Source of the DNA: Synechococcus elongatus PCC 6301
Lineage (GTDB): Bacteria > Cyanobacteriota > Cyanobacteriia > Synechococcales > Synechococcaceae
Length of the DNA: 32,000 nucleotides
Direction: 5' to 3'
Assembly: GCF_000010065.1 (NCBI RefSeq)
Contig: NC_006576.1
Coordinates: forward strand, 600,001-632,000
The position numbers were made by a program, and so were the translations under genes. Shown here in pieces: positions 9,437 through 17,651 of the stretch. Below the pieces are notes generated by a model. The model saw only the letters and a program-made list of their open reading frames with translations, was not told the origin of the DNA and did no database searches. How positions within the stretch are numbered: the stretch's first letter is position 1; each line of letters opens with the position of its first letter.

Positions 9437-12400
9437 ATGGCGACATCCGTTTTTATTAACGAGTTTCACTACGACAATGCCGGCACGGATGCCGGTGAAT
9501 TTATTGAAATCTTGGCGCCTCTGGCCACTAGCCTGACTGGCTGGCGCCTAGTGCTCTACAACGGGGCTAACGGTCTGAGTTACAACACTACAGACTTAGG
9601 CAGCCTCTCGAGTACTGACCTTGGGAATGGCTTCAAAGCAGTCGTGGTCAACTACCCCAGCAATGGGATTCAAAATGGCGCACCCGACGGCTTCGCCCTC
9701 GTAGATGACACAGGCGCCGTGGTGCAGTTTCTCAGCTATGAGGGCACCTTCACCGCCACAAACGGTCCTGCATTAGGCTTGACCAGTACTGATATTGGCA
9801 TTGCCCAGAGCGGTACTGAACCCCTGGGATCCTCCCTCCAGTTGACGGGCAGCGGCACCCACTACGAAGACTTTACCTGGGCTAGCACGACTACCAACAC
9901 CAGCGGTGCCCTTAATGCGGGCCAGATCTTGGGTGGGGTTGTCGAGGCGATCGCTCCTCGCATCAACGAATTTGTGTTCGACCACGTTGGCACCGACACC
10001 AACGAATATGTCGAAATTTTGGGTGCGGCAAACACGGACTACTCTGCCTACACCCTGCTGCAAATTGAGGGGGACAGCGGTAGCACCCTCGGCCGGATTA
10101 CCAGCGCCCAGTCCTTGGGCAGCACTGATGCCAGTGGCTACTGGACCACGGGCTTTTTGAATAATGTTTACCAAAATGGCACGCAGACTTTGTTGCTGGT
10201 GAGGAACTTTACCGGCAGTGTCAACCAAGTGCTCGATAGCAACGGCGACGGGGTGCTGGATATTACCCCTTGGGATAGTGTTGCCGATGGAATAGCAGTA
10301 ACTGATGGTGGCCTGGGCGATCGCACCTACACTGCCGCTATCCTCACCCCCGGCTTTGGCGGCAATAGCCTCCGCGTCGGTGGCGCTTCCCGAATCCCCA
10401 ACGGGACTGATACCGATACCGCTGCTGACTGGGTGCGCAATGACTTTGACCTTGCAGGGCTACCGGGCTTTCCCGGAACACCGGATCAAGGCGAGGCGTT
10501 GAACACGCCCGGAGCGGCTAATGCGGTGGTTGATGTGCCACCGCCACCGCCGGAACTGACGGCAATTTATACCATTCAGGGGGCTGGGCAACGGTCTGCC
10601 CTCGTTGGCCAGACTGTCACGACCTCGGGTATTGTCACGGCTGTCGACAGCAACGGCTTCTACCTCCAAGACGCCACCGGCGATGGCGATATTGCCACGT
10701 CTGACGCCATCTTTGTCTTCACGGGCAGCACCCCCACCGTGGCTGTGGGTAACGAAATCCGCCTGTCTGGGACCGTGTCGGAGTTTACTCCCGGTGGCCT
10801 TTCTAGCCGCAATCTTTCTACCACCCAGCTTGGCGGCAGCCTCAACATCACAGTTCTGAGCACCGGCAACACCCTGCCAGCAGCGGTCATTCTGGGCGAA
10901 GGCGGTCGTTTACTCCCCTCATCTAATATCGACGATGATGCCTTCGGCAGCTTTGACCCAATCACCGATGGCATCGACTTCTTCGAGTCGCTGGAGGGGA
11001 TGCGGGTCACAGCTCAAAACCTACTGGTGGTCAATGGTACCAACGGCTTTGGCGAAATCTTTGGGGTAGTCGACAACGGTGCGGGGGCGACGGGTCTGAG
11101 CGATCGCGGCACCCTCAACATTAGCCCTGACGACTTTAACCCCGAGCGGGTGCAGGTGCAGTTCGACAGCGGTGTTTTCAACTTCGACTTCCCCGATGTC
11201 AACGTGGGCGATGGCATCGGCGCGGTTACCGGCGTGCTGGGCTACGACTTTGGGAATTTCCAGATTGTCGCTACCGAAGACTTCAGCGGCAGCATCCAAC
11301 GGGGTGGTTTACAACCGGAGGTCAGCACACTCACCCGTGGCAATGACCAGTTGACGGTTGCCACCTACAACGTACTCAACCTCGACCCCAACGATAACGA
11401 TGGCGATGCCGACATTGCCAATGGCCAGTTTGCAGCGATCGCCCGCCAAATCATCAATAACCTCAATTCCCCGGACATCATTGCCCTGCAGGAAGTTCAA
11501 GACAACAGTGGCAGCCTCAATGATGGGGTAACGGCGGCGAACCTGACTCTGCAGACTTTAGTGGATGCGATCGCGGCAGCGGGTGGCCCCACCTACGCCT
11601 TCATCGACAACCCGTTCATCACCAACAATGCTAGCGGTGGTCAGCCCGGGGCCAACATTCGTACTGCCTACCTCTACGACCCCAGCCGAGTGTCGTTTGT
11701 GGAAGACTCATTGACGACCATTGGTAGCCAACAACCTGGTGAAGCCTTTGCGGGCGCTCGTTTACCGCTAGTCGCTGACTTTGAGTTCAACGGCGAGACG
11801 GTGACTCTGGTCAACAATCACTTCTCCTCGAAGGGGGGCAGTGCGCCGATTCTAGGGACTGCTCAACCCTTTGAAAGCCGCCAAGAAGATTCCACAGTTA
11901 ATGGCTCGTTGGACGATCGCCAGGCTCAGTCTCAGGCTGTGCAGGACTACGTCAATGGACGGCTGGGGAACGACCCCACTGCCAAGGTGATTGTGCTGGG
12001 CGACTTCAACGAGTTTGAGTTTGTCTCGCCGGTGCGTGACCTCGCAGCCAACACAGGCCTGACGAATTTGACTGAGCTGCTACCCGAGAATGAACGCTAC
12101 ACGTTTATCTTCCAGGGCAATTCCCAGTCGATTGACCATATTTTGGTCAGCGGCAGTTTGGCTAATCGTGCCGAGATCGATATCGTCAACGTGAATACCG
12201 AGTTTGCTGAGTCGCTCCAAGCCAGTGATCACGATCCGGTACTCGCTCGGTTCACCATTGCAGCCCCCAATGTGATCCGTGGTACCTCACAACGTGATGT
12301 ACTCACGGGCAGCGATCGCAACGATATCTTCCTCGCCAGCGGCGGCCCTGACCGGATTACCACCGGCGGTGGCCGCGATCGCATTGTCTTCACCAACACT

Positions 12401-12667
12401 AGTCAAACTGGTGTCACCATTACTGACTTTGAGGTGGGGGTCGACAAGCTAGTCCTGACTGACCTGTTGGCGAGCGTTGGCTACACCGGCAATAATCCCC
12501 TGGCGGATGGCTTGATCAAAATCCGCAGCTTGGGTAACAGCGATCGCACCCAGCTTTCTCTGGAGTTGGATCGTATTGGCGGTGGGCGCACACAGTCCAC
12601 AAACTTCCTCACTTTTGAAGGAGTGAGTGCGGCGGAACTGAGCAACTTGGATAACTTTTTCTTCTAG
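9437..12667 (+). CDS. ExeM/NucH-like extracellular nuclease: 2 lamin-tail (LTD) domains, beta-barrel region, endonuclease/exonuclease/phosphatase (EEP) domain, C-terminal type I secretion target domain
   Basis: Two LTD starts are seen: VFINEFHYDNAGTDAGEFIEI at about 9450 and PRINEFVFDHVGTDTNEYVEILG at about 9955. A PPPPP linker lies at about 10538-10552. The barrel segment is TAIYTIQGAG..SALVGQTVTTSGIVTAVDSNGFYLQD. EEP motifs occur in order (TYNVLNL, ALQEVQD, NNHFSSKGG, LGDFNEF, IDHILVS, SDHDPVLARF; about 11349-12256). Gly/Asp repeats LTGSDRNDIFLASGGPDRITTGGGRDRIVF are followed by ITDFEVGVDKLVLTDLL. The ATG at 9437 follows a GGAG; the GTG at 9401 is an alternative. Confidence 0.85.
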   Translation: MATSVFINEFHYDNAGTDAGEFIEILAPLATSLTGWRLVLYNGANGLSYNTTDLGSLSSTDLGNGFKAVVVNYPSNGIQNGAPDGFALVDDTGAVVQFLSYEGTFTATNGPALGLTSTDIGIAQSGTEPLGSSLQLTGSGTHYEDFTWASTTTNTSGALNAGQILGGVVEAIAPRINEFVFDHVGTDTNEYVEILGAANTDYSAYTLLQIEGDSGSTLGRITSAQSLGSTDASGYWTTGFLNNVYQNGTQTLLLVRNFTGSVNQVLDSNGDGVLDITPWDSVADGIAVTDGGLGDRTYTAAILTPGFGGNSLRVGGASRIPNGTDTDTAADWVRNDFDLAGLPGFPGTPDQGEALNTPGAANAVVDVPPPPPELTAIYTIQGAGQRSALVGQTVTTSGIVTAVDSNGFYLQDATGDGDIATSDAIFVFTGSTPTVAVGNEIRLSGTVSEFTPGGLSSRNLSTTQLGGSLNITVLSTGNTLPAAVILGEGGRLLPSSNIDDDAFGSFDPITDGIDFFESLEGMRVTAQNLLVVNGTNGFGEIFGVVDNGAGATGLSDRGTLNISPDDFNPERVQVQFDSGVFNFDFPDVNVGDGIGAVTGVLGYDFGNFQIVATEDFSGSIQRGGLQPEVSTLTRGNDQLTVATYNVLNLDPNDNDGDADIANGQFAAIARQIINNLNSPDIIALQEVQDNSGSLNDGVTAANLTLQTLVDAIAAAGGPTYAFIDNPFITNNASGGQPGANIRTAYLYDPSRVSFVEDSLTTIGSQQPGEAFAGARLPLVADFEFNGETVTLVNNHFSSKGGSAPILGTAQPFESRQEDSTVNGSLDDRQAQSQAVQDYVNGRLGNDPTAKVIVLGDFNEFEFVSPVRDLAANTGLTNLTELLPENERYTFIFQGNSQSIDHILVSGSLANRAEIDIVNVNTEFAESLQASDHDPVLARFTIAAPNVIRGTSQRDVLTGSDRNDIFLASGGPDRITTGGGRDRIVFTNTSQTGVTITDFEVGVDKLVLTDLLASVGYTGNNPLADGLIKIRSLGNSDRTQLSLELDRIGGGRTQSTNFLTFEGVSAAELSNLDNFFF

Positions 12668-12684
12668 ATGACCTAGGCTACAGC

Positions 12685-12724
12685 AAAAAGTCCCTGAGTT
12701 CTCAAGAGATTCTGGGACTTTTTT
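12685..12724 (+). terminator. terminator-like hairpin after the nuclease gene
   Basis: AAAAAGTCCC ... GGGACTTTTT has a GC core of 5-6 bp, a 19-nt loop and a T6 tail. The A-run on the 5' side makes it potentially bidirectional. Confidence 0.55.
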
Positions 12725-12826
12725 AATGCATTATTCGGCTGGTTGAAGCGGCGATCGCTGCCAGTCCTGCGAGGGAGCAGCGAAGCTCAACGTCAGGCTG
12801 GTTCAGCTTTAGGTGTAATCTAGGGT

Positions 12827-12865
12827 TTTACTTTTAGAGTTTTGAAGGGTTAAAATCTAAAAGTA
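12827..12865 (+). promoter_or_regulatory. candidate promoter embedded in a perfect 10-bp inverted repeat (operator-like)
   Basis: TACTTTTAGA (12829-12838) and TCTAAAAGTA (12856-12865) are exact reverse complements separated by 17 nt. TTTACT (12827-12832) and TAAAAT (12851-12856) sit 18 nt apart as -35/-10-like hexamers, so the arms cover both. It lies 60 nt upstream of the ATG at 12926. Confidence 0.35.
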
Positions 12866-12925
12866 CATGGCCCAAGCGATCGCAGATATGAGCGCACAAG
12901 CCTCTCGAAATCATGAGGAAAAGCG

Positions 12926-13225
12926 ATGGGCTCCAAGCACAACTTTATCTGTCCGAGCTGTGAGTACGAGTCCGGGTTGGTCTCGGGTCAACCAGACTCC
13001 GGCATGATGGTCGCAGTCGACACCATGGTTTGCCAAGACTGCCAGTCAGTCGTTGATGTTGTCGTCCAAATCTTCTTGGATGAATACGCAGCTGAAATTG
13101 ACTTAAATTGTTGTCCTGATTGTCGAGGAACGCGAGTGTCGCCTTGGCCTAGTCAGCATCCTTGCCCTAAATGCCAAGAACCCATGGTGCAAGATAGTCT
13201 GTCGCCCGAAATGTTGTGGGATTGA
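12926..13225 (+). CDS. small cysteine-rich double zinc-ribbon protein (4 x CxxC), function unknown
   Basis: 99-aa ORF with CPSC, CQDC, CPDC and CPKC arranged as two ribbon pairs. It has no TM segment or signal peptide. It has its own promoter-like region and lies between two terminator-like hairpins. Confidence 0.6.
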   Translation: MGSKHNFICPSCEYESGLVSGQPDSGMMVAVDTMVCQDCQSVVDVVVQIFLDEYAAEIDLNCCPDCRGTRVSPWPSQHPCPKCQEPMVQDSLSPEMLWD

Positions 13226-13238
13226 CGAGCCAAAGTAA

Positions 13239-13270
13239 GGGCTTGACCTTGCTGAATCACAGCCAAGCCC
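13239..13270. terminator. hairpin between the convergent zinc-ribbon gene and ftsH
   Basis: GGGCTTG / CAAGCCC form a 7-bp perfect stem with an 18-nt loop. On the minus strand it is followed by TTACTTT. A weak candidate for a shared terminator. Confidence 0.35.
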
Positions 13271-13286
13271 CCATAGGGCCAAAGCG

Positions 13287-15185
13287 CTAAAACACAGCGG
13301 GTGCTTGGATCGCTGGCTGAGTCACTGCACTCGATTTCGGAAATTGTTCAACAATTTTGCGAAATTCATCGCCCTCAATCAGTTCTTGATCGATCAAGCG
13401 ATCGACGAGTCGATCCATCAGCTCGCGGTTCTCTAACACCAGTTGGCGCGCTTCGGCATGACAGGTTTGAATCAAAGCCCGAATCTTGCGGTCAATCTGT
13501 GCGGCAACACTTTCAGAATAGTCTGCTCGCCGCGACATCCAATCTCGACCGAGGAAGACTTCGCCTTGATCACTTTCGAGTGCCAAAGGACCCAGATCGG
13601 ACATGCCGTAGCGGGTGATCATTTCCCGAGCCAGATTTGTAATCATCTCGATGTCAGAAGCGGCACCTTGCGTGACTTCCGCATCCCCAAAGACGACTTC
13701 TTCAGCAGCGCGCCCACCCAAGGCAACGACAATGCGATCGCGCAACCAAGCACGGCTATAGAGACCGCTATCGATCAATTCCTCGTTAGGAATCGGTTTG
13801 GCAAAGCCGCCAATCCCCCCTGATCGCGGAATAATTGTGACTTTGTCCAAGCGATCGGAATGCTTGAGCAAGGTCATCAGCAAAGCATGGCCGATTTCGT
13901 GATAGGCAATCAGCCGCTTTTTCTGACTGTCGAGCAGCGGCGAAAGCGTCATGCCAATCGTGACGCGATCGATCGCATCATCAATATCAGTTTCATCCAC
14001 GGCAGTTTTATTGCGCCGGGCCGTCAGAATCGCTGCTTCGTTGAGCAGATTTGCCAACTCGGCCCCCGAAAAGCCTGGTGTTCGCCGCGCGATCGCTTCC
14101 AAGGAAACCTCTTCGGCCAGTTTTTTATTGCGAGCATGGACTTGCAAAATCCCGAGGCGACCGTTGTAGCTCGGGAGATCAACGGTGATTTGGCGATCGA
14201 AGCGGCCGGGACGGAGTAAGGCGGAATCGAGCACATCAGGACGGTTGGTCGCCGCAATAATGATGACGCCCGAGTTTTCCTCAAAGCCATCCATTTCAGT
14301 CAGCAATTGATTGAGGGTTTGTTCCCGCTCGTCATTGCCACCGCCAATGCCAGCCCCACGCTGCCGTCCAACTGCATCGATCTCATCGATGAAGACGATG
14401 CAAGGAGAGTTTTCCTTGGCTTTACGGAACAGATCGCGAACGCGGCTCGCGCCAACGCCGACAAACATCTCCACAAATTCGGAGCCGGACATACTGAAAA
14501 ACGGCACGCCTGCTTCACCGGCGATCGCCTTAGCCAGCAGTGTTTTCCCCGTCCCCGGGGGGCCAACCAACAACACCCCGCGTGGAATGCGAGCCCCAAC
14601 AGCGGTGAAGCGATCGGAACTACGCAGGAAAGAAACGACTTCCTGTAGCTCTTCCTTCGCTTCTTCAATGCCGGCCACGTCTTCAAACATCACGCCGGTT
14701 TTGGCTTCCATTTGAAAGCGGGCACGGGACTTACCAAAGTTCAAGGCTTGGTTGGCAGCTCCTGCCGATCGCCGCAGCAGAAAAACCAGGCCGACGATCA
14801 GGATCAAAATCAGCCCGAGGTTGACCAGCGTGCCTGCTAAGGCGCTGTTGTCCTGTGTCGGTGTGACCTCAAAGGGCACGTTGTAGCGGCGTGCCGTCTC
14901 GATTAACTCTGGATTTTGGTTAAATAGCGGGACTTCTGCACTGCGCCGCCCTTGCAGTTGCACCCGAGCAACGCGCTGCACGGGGTCGTAGTCAATACTT
15001 TGGACTTGGCCGTCCGCAATATCTTTGAGCAGGCCCGAGTAATCGAGGGAGACTGTCGTTGGCTCGCTGCGATTTTGGGCGAAGGCCGGTGGAATGTTGC
15101 CGCCACCCAAACTCAATCCGAGCAGCAGCACCCAGACAAAACGCCAAGAAGAACGGGTGCGGGACGGGGTGAGAGGCTTGGGCAT
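13287..15185 (-). CDS. ftsH: ATP-dependent zinc metalloprotease FtsH
   Basis: Has an N-terminal TM segment, Walker A GPPGTGKT, Walker [10 protein letters not shown], the SRH region and the zinc site HEIGHAL. The ATG at 15185 (MPKPLTPS...) is preferred over the TTG at 15212. Confidence 0.95.
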   Translation of the reverse strand: MPKPLTPSRTRSSWRFVWVLLLGLSLGGGNIPPAFAQNRSEPTTVSLDYSGLLKDIADGQVQSIDYDPVQRVARVQLQGRRSAEVPLFNQNPELIETARRYNVPFEVTPTQDNSALAGTLVNLGLILILIVGLVFLLRRSAGAANQALNFGKSRARFQMEAKTGVMFEDVAGIEEAKEELQEVVSFLRSSDRFTAVGARIPRGVLLVGPPGTGKTLLAKAIAGEAGVPFFSMSGSEFVEMFVGVGASRVRDLFRKAKENSPCIVFIDEIDAVGRQRGAGIGGGNDEREQTLNQLLTEMDGFEENSGVIIIAATNRPDVLDSALLRPGRFDRQITVDLPSYNGRLGILQVHARNKKLAEEVSLEAIARRTPGFSGAELANLLNEAAILTARRNKTAVDETDIDDAIDRVTIGMTLSPLLDSQKKRLIAYHEIGHALLMTLLKHSDRLDKVTIIPRSGGIGGFAKPIPNEELIDSGLYSRAWLRDRIVVALGGRAAEEVVFGDAEVTQGAASDIEMITNLAREMITRYGMSDLGPLALESDQGEVFLGRDWMSRRADYSESVAAQIDRKIRALIQTCHAEARQLVLENRELMDRLVDRLIDQELIEGDEFRKIVEQFPKSSAVTQPAIQAPAVF

Positions 15186-15373
15186 AGTCGGCAGTACAAA
15201 CCCCAAGGGCAAAAAAATAGCACCTCCAGTCTAGCGGCGCGCTCTGTTCCTGCGTTGAGCGGTGGCGATCGCCCTCAGCAAGCGCGGCGAACACCCTCAA
15301 CCAGTTGACCTGCGCTGCCCAACGAATCTATGATCGTCTTTCTGTGAATCTTCCAATCATCCAGTAATCTGCC

Positions 15374-15550
15374 ATGGCCGTCCCAAAGAAGAAAACTTCC
15401 AAGAGCAAACGCGACAAGCGCAAAGCCACTTGGAAGCGTAAGGCTGCTCTGCAGGCTCAACGGGCGCTGTCCTTGGGTAAATCCGTTCTGACCGGTCGGG
15501 CGAAAGGCTTCGTGTATCCGGCTCAAGACGAAGAAGAAACCGAAGAATAG
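15374..15550 (+). CDS. rpmF: 50S ribosomal protein L32
   Basis: Not in the ORF track because it is under 60 aa. The translation is [58 protein letters not shown], which has the canonical L32 N-terminus. Confidence 0.9.
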   Translation: MAVPKKKTSKSKRDKRKATWKRKAALQAQRALSLGKSVLTGRAKGFVYPAQDEEETEE

Positions 15551-15565
15551 GCTCTGCTGCTCAAT

Positions 15566-16651
15566 TTAAGTCAGCACCTGGGTGACAGCGTGATCCGCAC
15601 CGATCGCTGCCACCCAATTTTTGCTACCTGCTGTAGGTTGGCTGATCGGTTCAATGAAGAGTTGCGGATGTAATGCCTTCCAGAAGTACTGGACGAAATC
15701 CGCGATCGCCTCAGGCGACATTGCCTGACCCCTTTGACGCTGTAGTTCTTGCTCTGCTTGCAGCCGCCAGTCGTAGCTCCAGCGAAAGTCCTGTGGGCGC
15801 AAAATCAGCAGCTGATCGATAAACGCCCATAACGGCTCATAGTCCACTAAACGCCGATTGCAATCCGTCGCAAACCCTTGATCAGCTGTTGTCTCGATCG
15901 GCCAAGGCCAAGCGGAAGGGGGCCAATGGCGAACGCGCTGGCAGCCAACAAACCAGCCCTCAAAAATCACCAGATCGACTCGACCCATCGGCACTGGCGC
16001 GATGCGATCGCCTGCTCCGGCTTGCAGTGACTTATCAAATCGGGGCAAGAGCGTTGGCTGACCCGCTCGGAGGTCGGTCAGAGTCTGCTGCAACACTGGC
16101 AGATCGTGGGTACCAGGTGGCCCACGCCAAATCAGTCGTGGATCCTGTGTTTGCAACTGACAGCGATCGCGGAAGCTGAGGTAACCATCGTCGAGGGACA
16201 AGCTGCAGACACGATACCCCTGTTGCTGGAGGAGCAAGGCCAGCACCTGTCCCAAAGTGGTTTTGCCACAACCCTGCCCGCCCAAAATGCCCAGAATGAA
16301 AGGACTCGTCTGCTGTTGAATCTGCTGAGCCAGGTGTTGGGCCAGAGGCAACCACAGACGCCAGAGAGTCTTCCAGAACGGTGGTGCACCGGCTGGCAGG
16401 GCTGGAAAGCAGTTACAGAGCGGGAACCAAGCGGCCCGCAGCCACTCGGCCTGCACCAACCAATCCATGTCTGGGCGATCGCTGACCATGAGTGCTGTTG
16501 CCGCAAGCTGCCAGTGCTGAGCAACCACCTGCAGAGTGTCATCAGTCAGCATCTCTGCTTGATCTAAGGCTGCTGCTGCCTTGGCGGCGATCGCCGCGTC
16601 TTCAGGATCCCAGCTTGAGGGTTTCCAAGGCCAGGCCATAGAGAGCACCAA
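15566..16651 (-). CDS. P-loop D-glycerate 3-kinase (plant/cyanobacterial GLYK type), start uncertain
   Basis: ILGILGGQGCGKTTLGQVL...SLSLDDGYL...WRGPPGTHDL...LPRFDKS...GDR...LVIFEGWFVG parallels the Arabidopsis GLYK core as I remember it (GPQGCGKTTL, SIDDFYL, RGNAGSHDL, PRYNKS, ILFEGWMLG). About 110 poorly characteristic residues precede the P-loop. Alternative ATGs are at 16639 and 16552. Confidence 0.7.
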   Translation of the reverse strand: MVLSMAWPWKPSSWDPEDAAIAAKAAAALDQAEMLTDDTLQVVAQHWQLAATALMVSDRPDMDWLVQAEWLRAAWFPLCNCFPALPAGAPPFWKTLWRLWLPLAQHLAQQIQQQTSPFILGILGGQGCGKTTLGQVLALLLQQQGYRVCSLSLDDGYLSFRDRCQLQTQDPRLIWRGPPGTHDLPVLQQTLTDLRAGQPTLLPRFDKSLQAGAGDRIAPVPMGRVDLVIFEGWFVGCQRVRHWPPSAWPWPIETTADQGFATDCNRRLVDYEPLWAFIDQLLILRPQDFRWSYDWRLQAEQELQRQRGQAMSPEAIADFVQYFWKALHPQLFIEPISQPTAGSKNWVAAIGADHAVTQVLT

Positions 16652-16940
16652 GCTTGAGATTTTGCAGCAAGAGGAACGGCAAACTGCGATCGGGTTTGCC
16701 GGCCCCAGGCCCGCGATAGTACAGCCAGCTGCAAGTTTCTACTGAGATCGTAATCACCGCCGCAAAGCTGGGATCCCACACCCCTGACTGGCCGGCCACG
16801 AGGGACAGGGTGTTGGTCAACCAAAACCCGAAGAGCAGGAAAATAATTTGCAGCGACAGGCGCCGCCAGGGCTGCTGGAACCATTGCAGGACCCTACCGC
16901 CGGCTTCACTCACCAGTTGGTTGAGGCGCGTATTCTGCAT
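16602..16940 (-). CDS. ycf20: Ycf20-like membrane protein (DUF565)
   Basis: MQNTRLNQLV...PWRRLSLQIIFLLFGFWLTNTLS...LKLGS matches the Ycf20 pattern. The internal ATG at 16940 is preferred over 16997. Confidence 0.7.
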   Translation of the reverse strand: MQNTRLNQLVSEAGGRVLQWFQQPWRRLSLQIIFLLFGFWLTNTLSLVAGQSGVWDPSFAAVITISVETCSWLYYRGPGAGKPDRSLPFLLLQNLKLGALYGLALETLKLGS

Positions 16941-16978
16941 ATCGGCGAGGACAGGGCAGAGAACGGGCAGCAACAGCG

Positions 16979-17629
16979 TTGAATACGCGATCGCCACTGC
17001 AGAGCATATTAGTCTTGCTGTGTAGAGGTGGGGAATGGTCCTTGGGAAGGGAATCCGGGGTGAGCAGTCGAAGAGTCCAATGGTTGAGCGGCGGCTTGCT
17101 ACTGACAGCCCTTTTGGGTGGTTGTGGGCTGCTCAGCGGTTTTTGGGGTGTGGAAGCCCCCTTGGGAGAGGCGGTCCCACCGATAGCAACACCCCCCCTG
17201 CCGCCGGTTCCGCCGCGCTTCCAAGGCAATGTTTCGCCACGGGACAGTGCTGATCTGAGCGATCGCATGGCCGCCAATCCAGCTGCCTATCGGGCTCCCA
17301 TCCGGGTGGCAAATCGCTCGAACCATCCGGTGCGAGTCGTTCTGCAACAGGCTGCGATCGCCAAGACGACCGATCCGGTGCACTGGGACTTTGCGCCCCA
17401 GGAAGTTGGTCCCCAAGGACTGGTGCTGTCCCTGCCCCAGGGGGAGCTGCGAGTCCAGCCCCAGGACGTTCTGGTGGCCTTTGCCCTCGATGGATCCCAG
17501 CTCTACTGGGGACCTTACCAAGTGGGCCGCGATCGCCAGCCGCGCTGGAATCCTGAGCGACAGGAGTGGCAGCTCTTGATTGAGAATCCTGTGCCAGACA
17601 GAGGTGAAGACCCCTCACCGGTAAAATAG
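16979..17629 (+). CDS. hypothetical lipoprotein (start uncertain, possibly GTG 17059)
   Basis: Has a hydrophobic stretch and lipobox-like LLTALLGGC, then a Pro-rich linker and a soluble domain with no motif I recognise. Confidence 0.5.
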   Translation: MNTRSPLQSILVLLCRGGEWSLGRESGVSSRRVQWLSGGLLLTALLGGCGLLSGFWGVEAPLGEAVPPIATPPLPPVPPRFQGNVSPRDSADLSDRMAANPAAYRAPIRVANRSNHPVRVVLQQAAIAKTTDPVHWDFAPQEVGPQGLVLSLPQGELRVQPQDVLVAFALDGSQLYWGPYQVGRDRQPRWNPERQEWQLLIENPVPDRGEDPSPVK

Positions 17630-17651
17630 GGCGTCAGTAATCGCAAGGACG

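Noticed and set aside
9207-9536. 109-aa ORF spanning the nuclease leader and the nuclease start
   Set aside because: It runs in a different frame across the well-supported LTD-domain start. It has no RBS-like sequence and no recognisable motif, with odd composition (Cys/Arg/Trp/Leu). Most likely a chance ORF in the long spacer.
15275-15526. 83-aa minus-strand ORF between ftsH and the glycerate kinase gene
   Set aside because: It is exactly antisense to the unmistakable L32 gene (rpmF, 15374-15550), which the 60-aa cutoff hid. It is a shadow ORF.
16035-17618. Several 100-160-aa antisense or alternative-frame ORFs (16035-16355, 16132-16542, 16564-16884, 17099-17521, 17133-17618)
   Set aside because: They are typical shadow ORFs of GC-rich coding DNA (Arg/Pro/Gly/Ser-rich, no motifs) and all lie inside better-supported genes. 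The same applies to 20376-20990, 9773-10228, 7934-8353 and 14300-14715.
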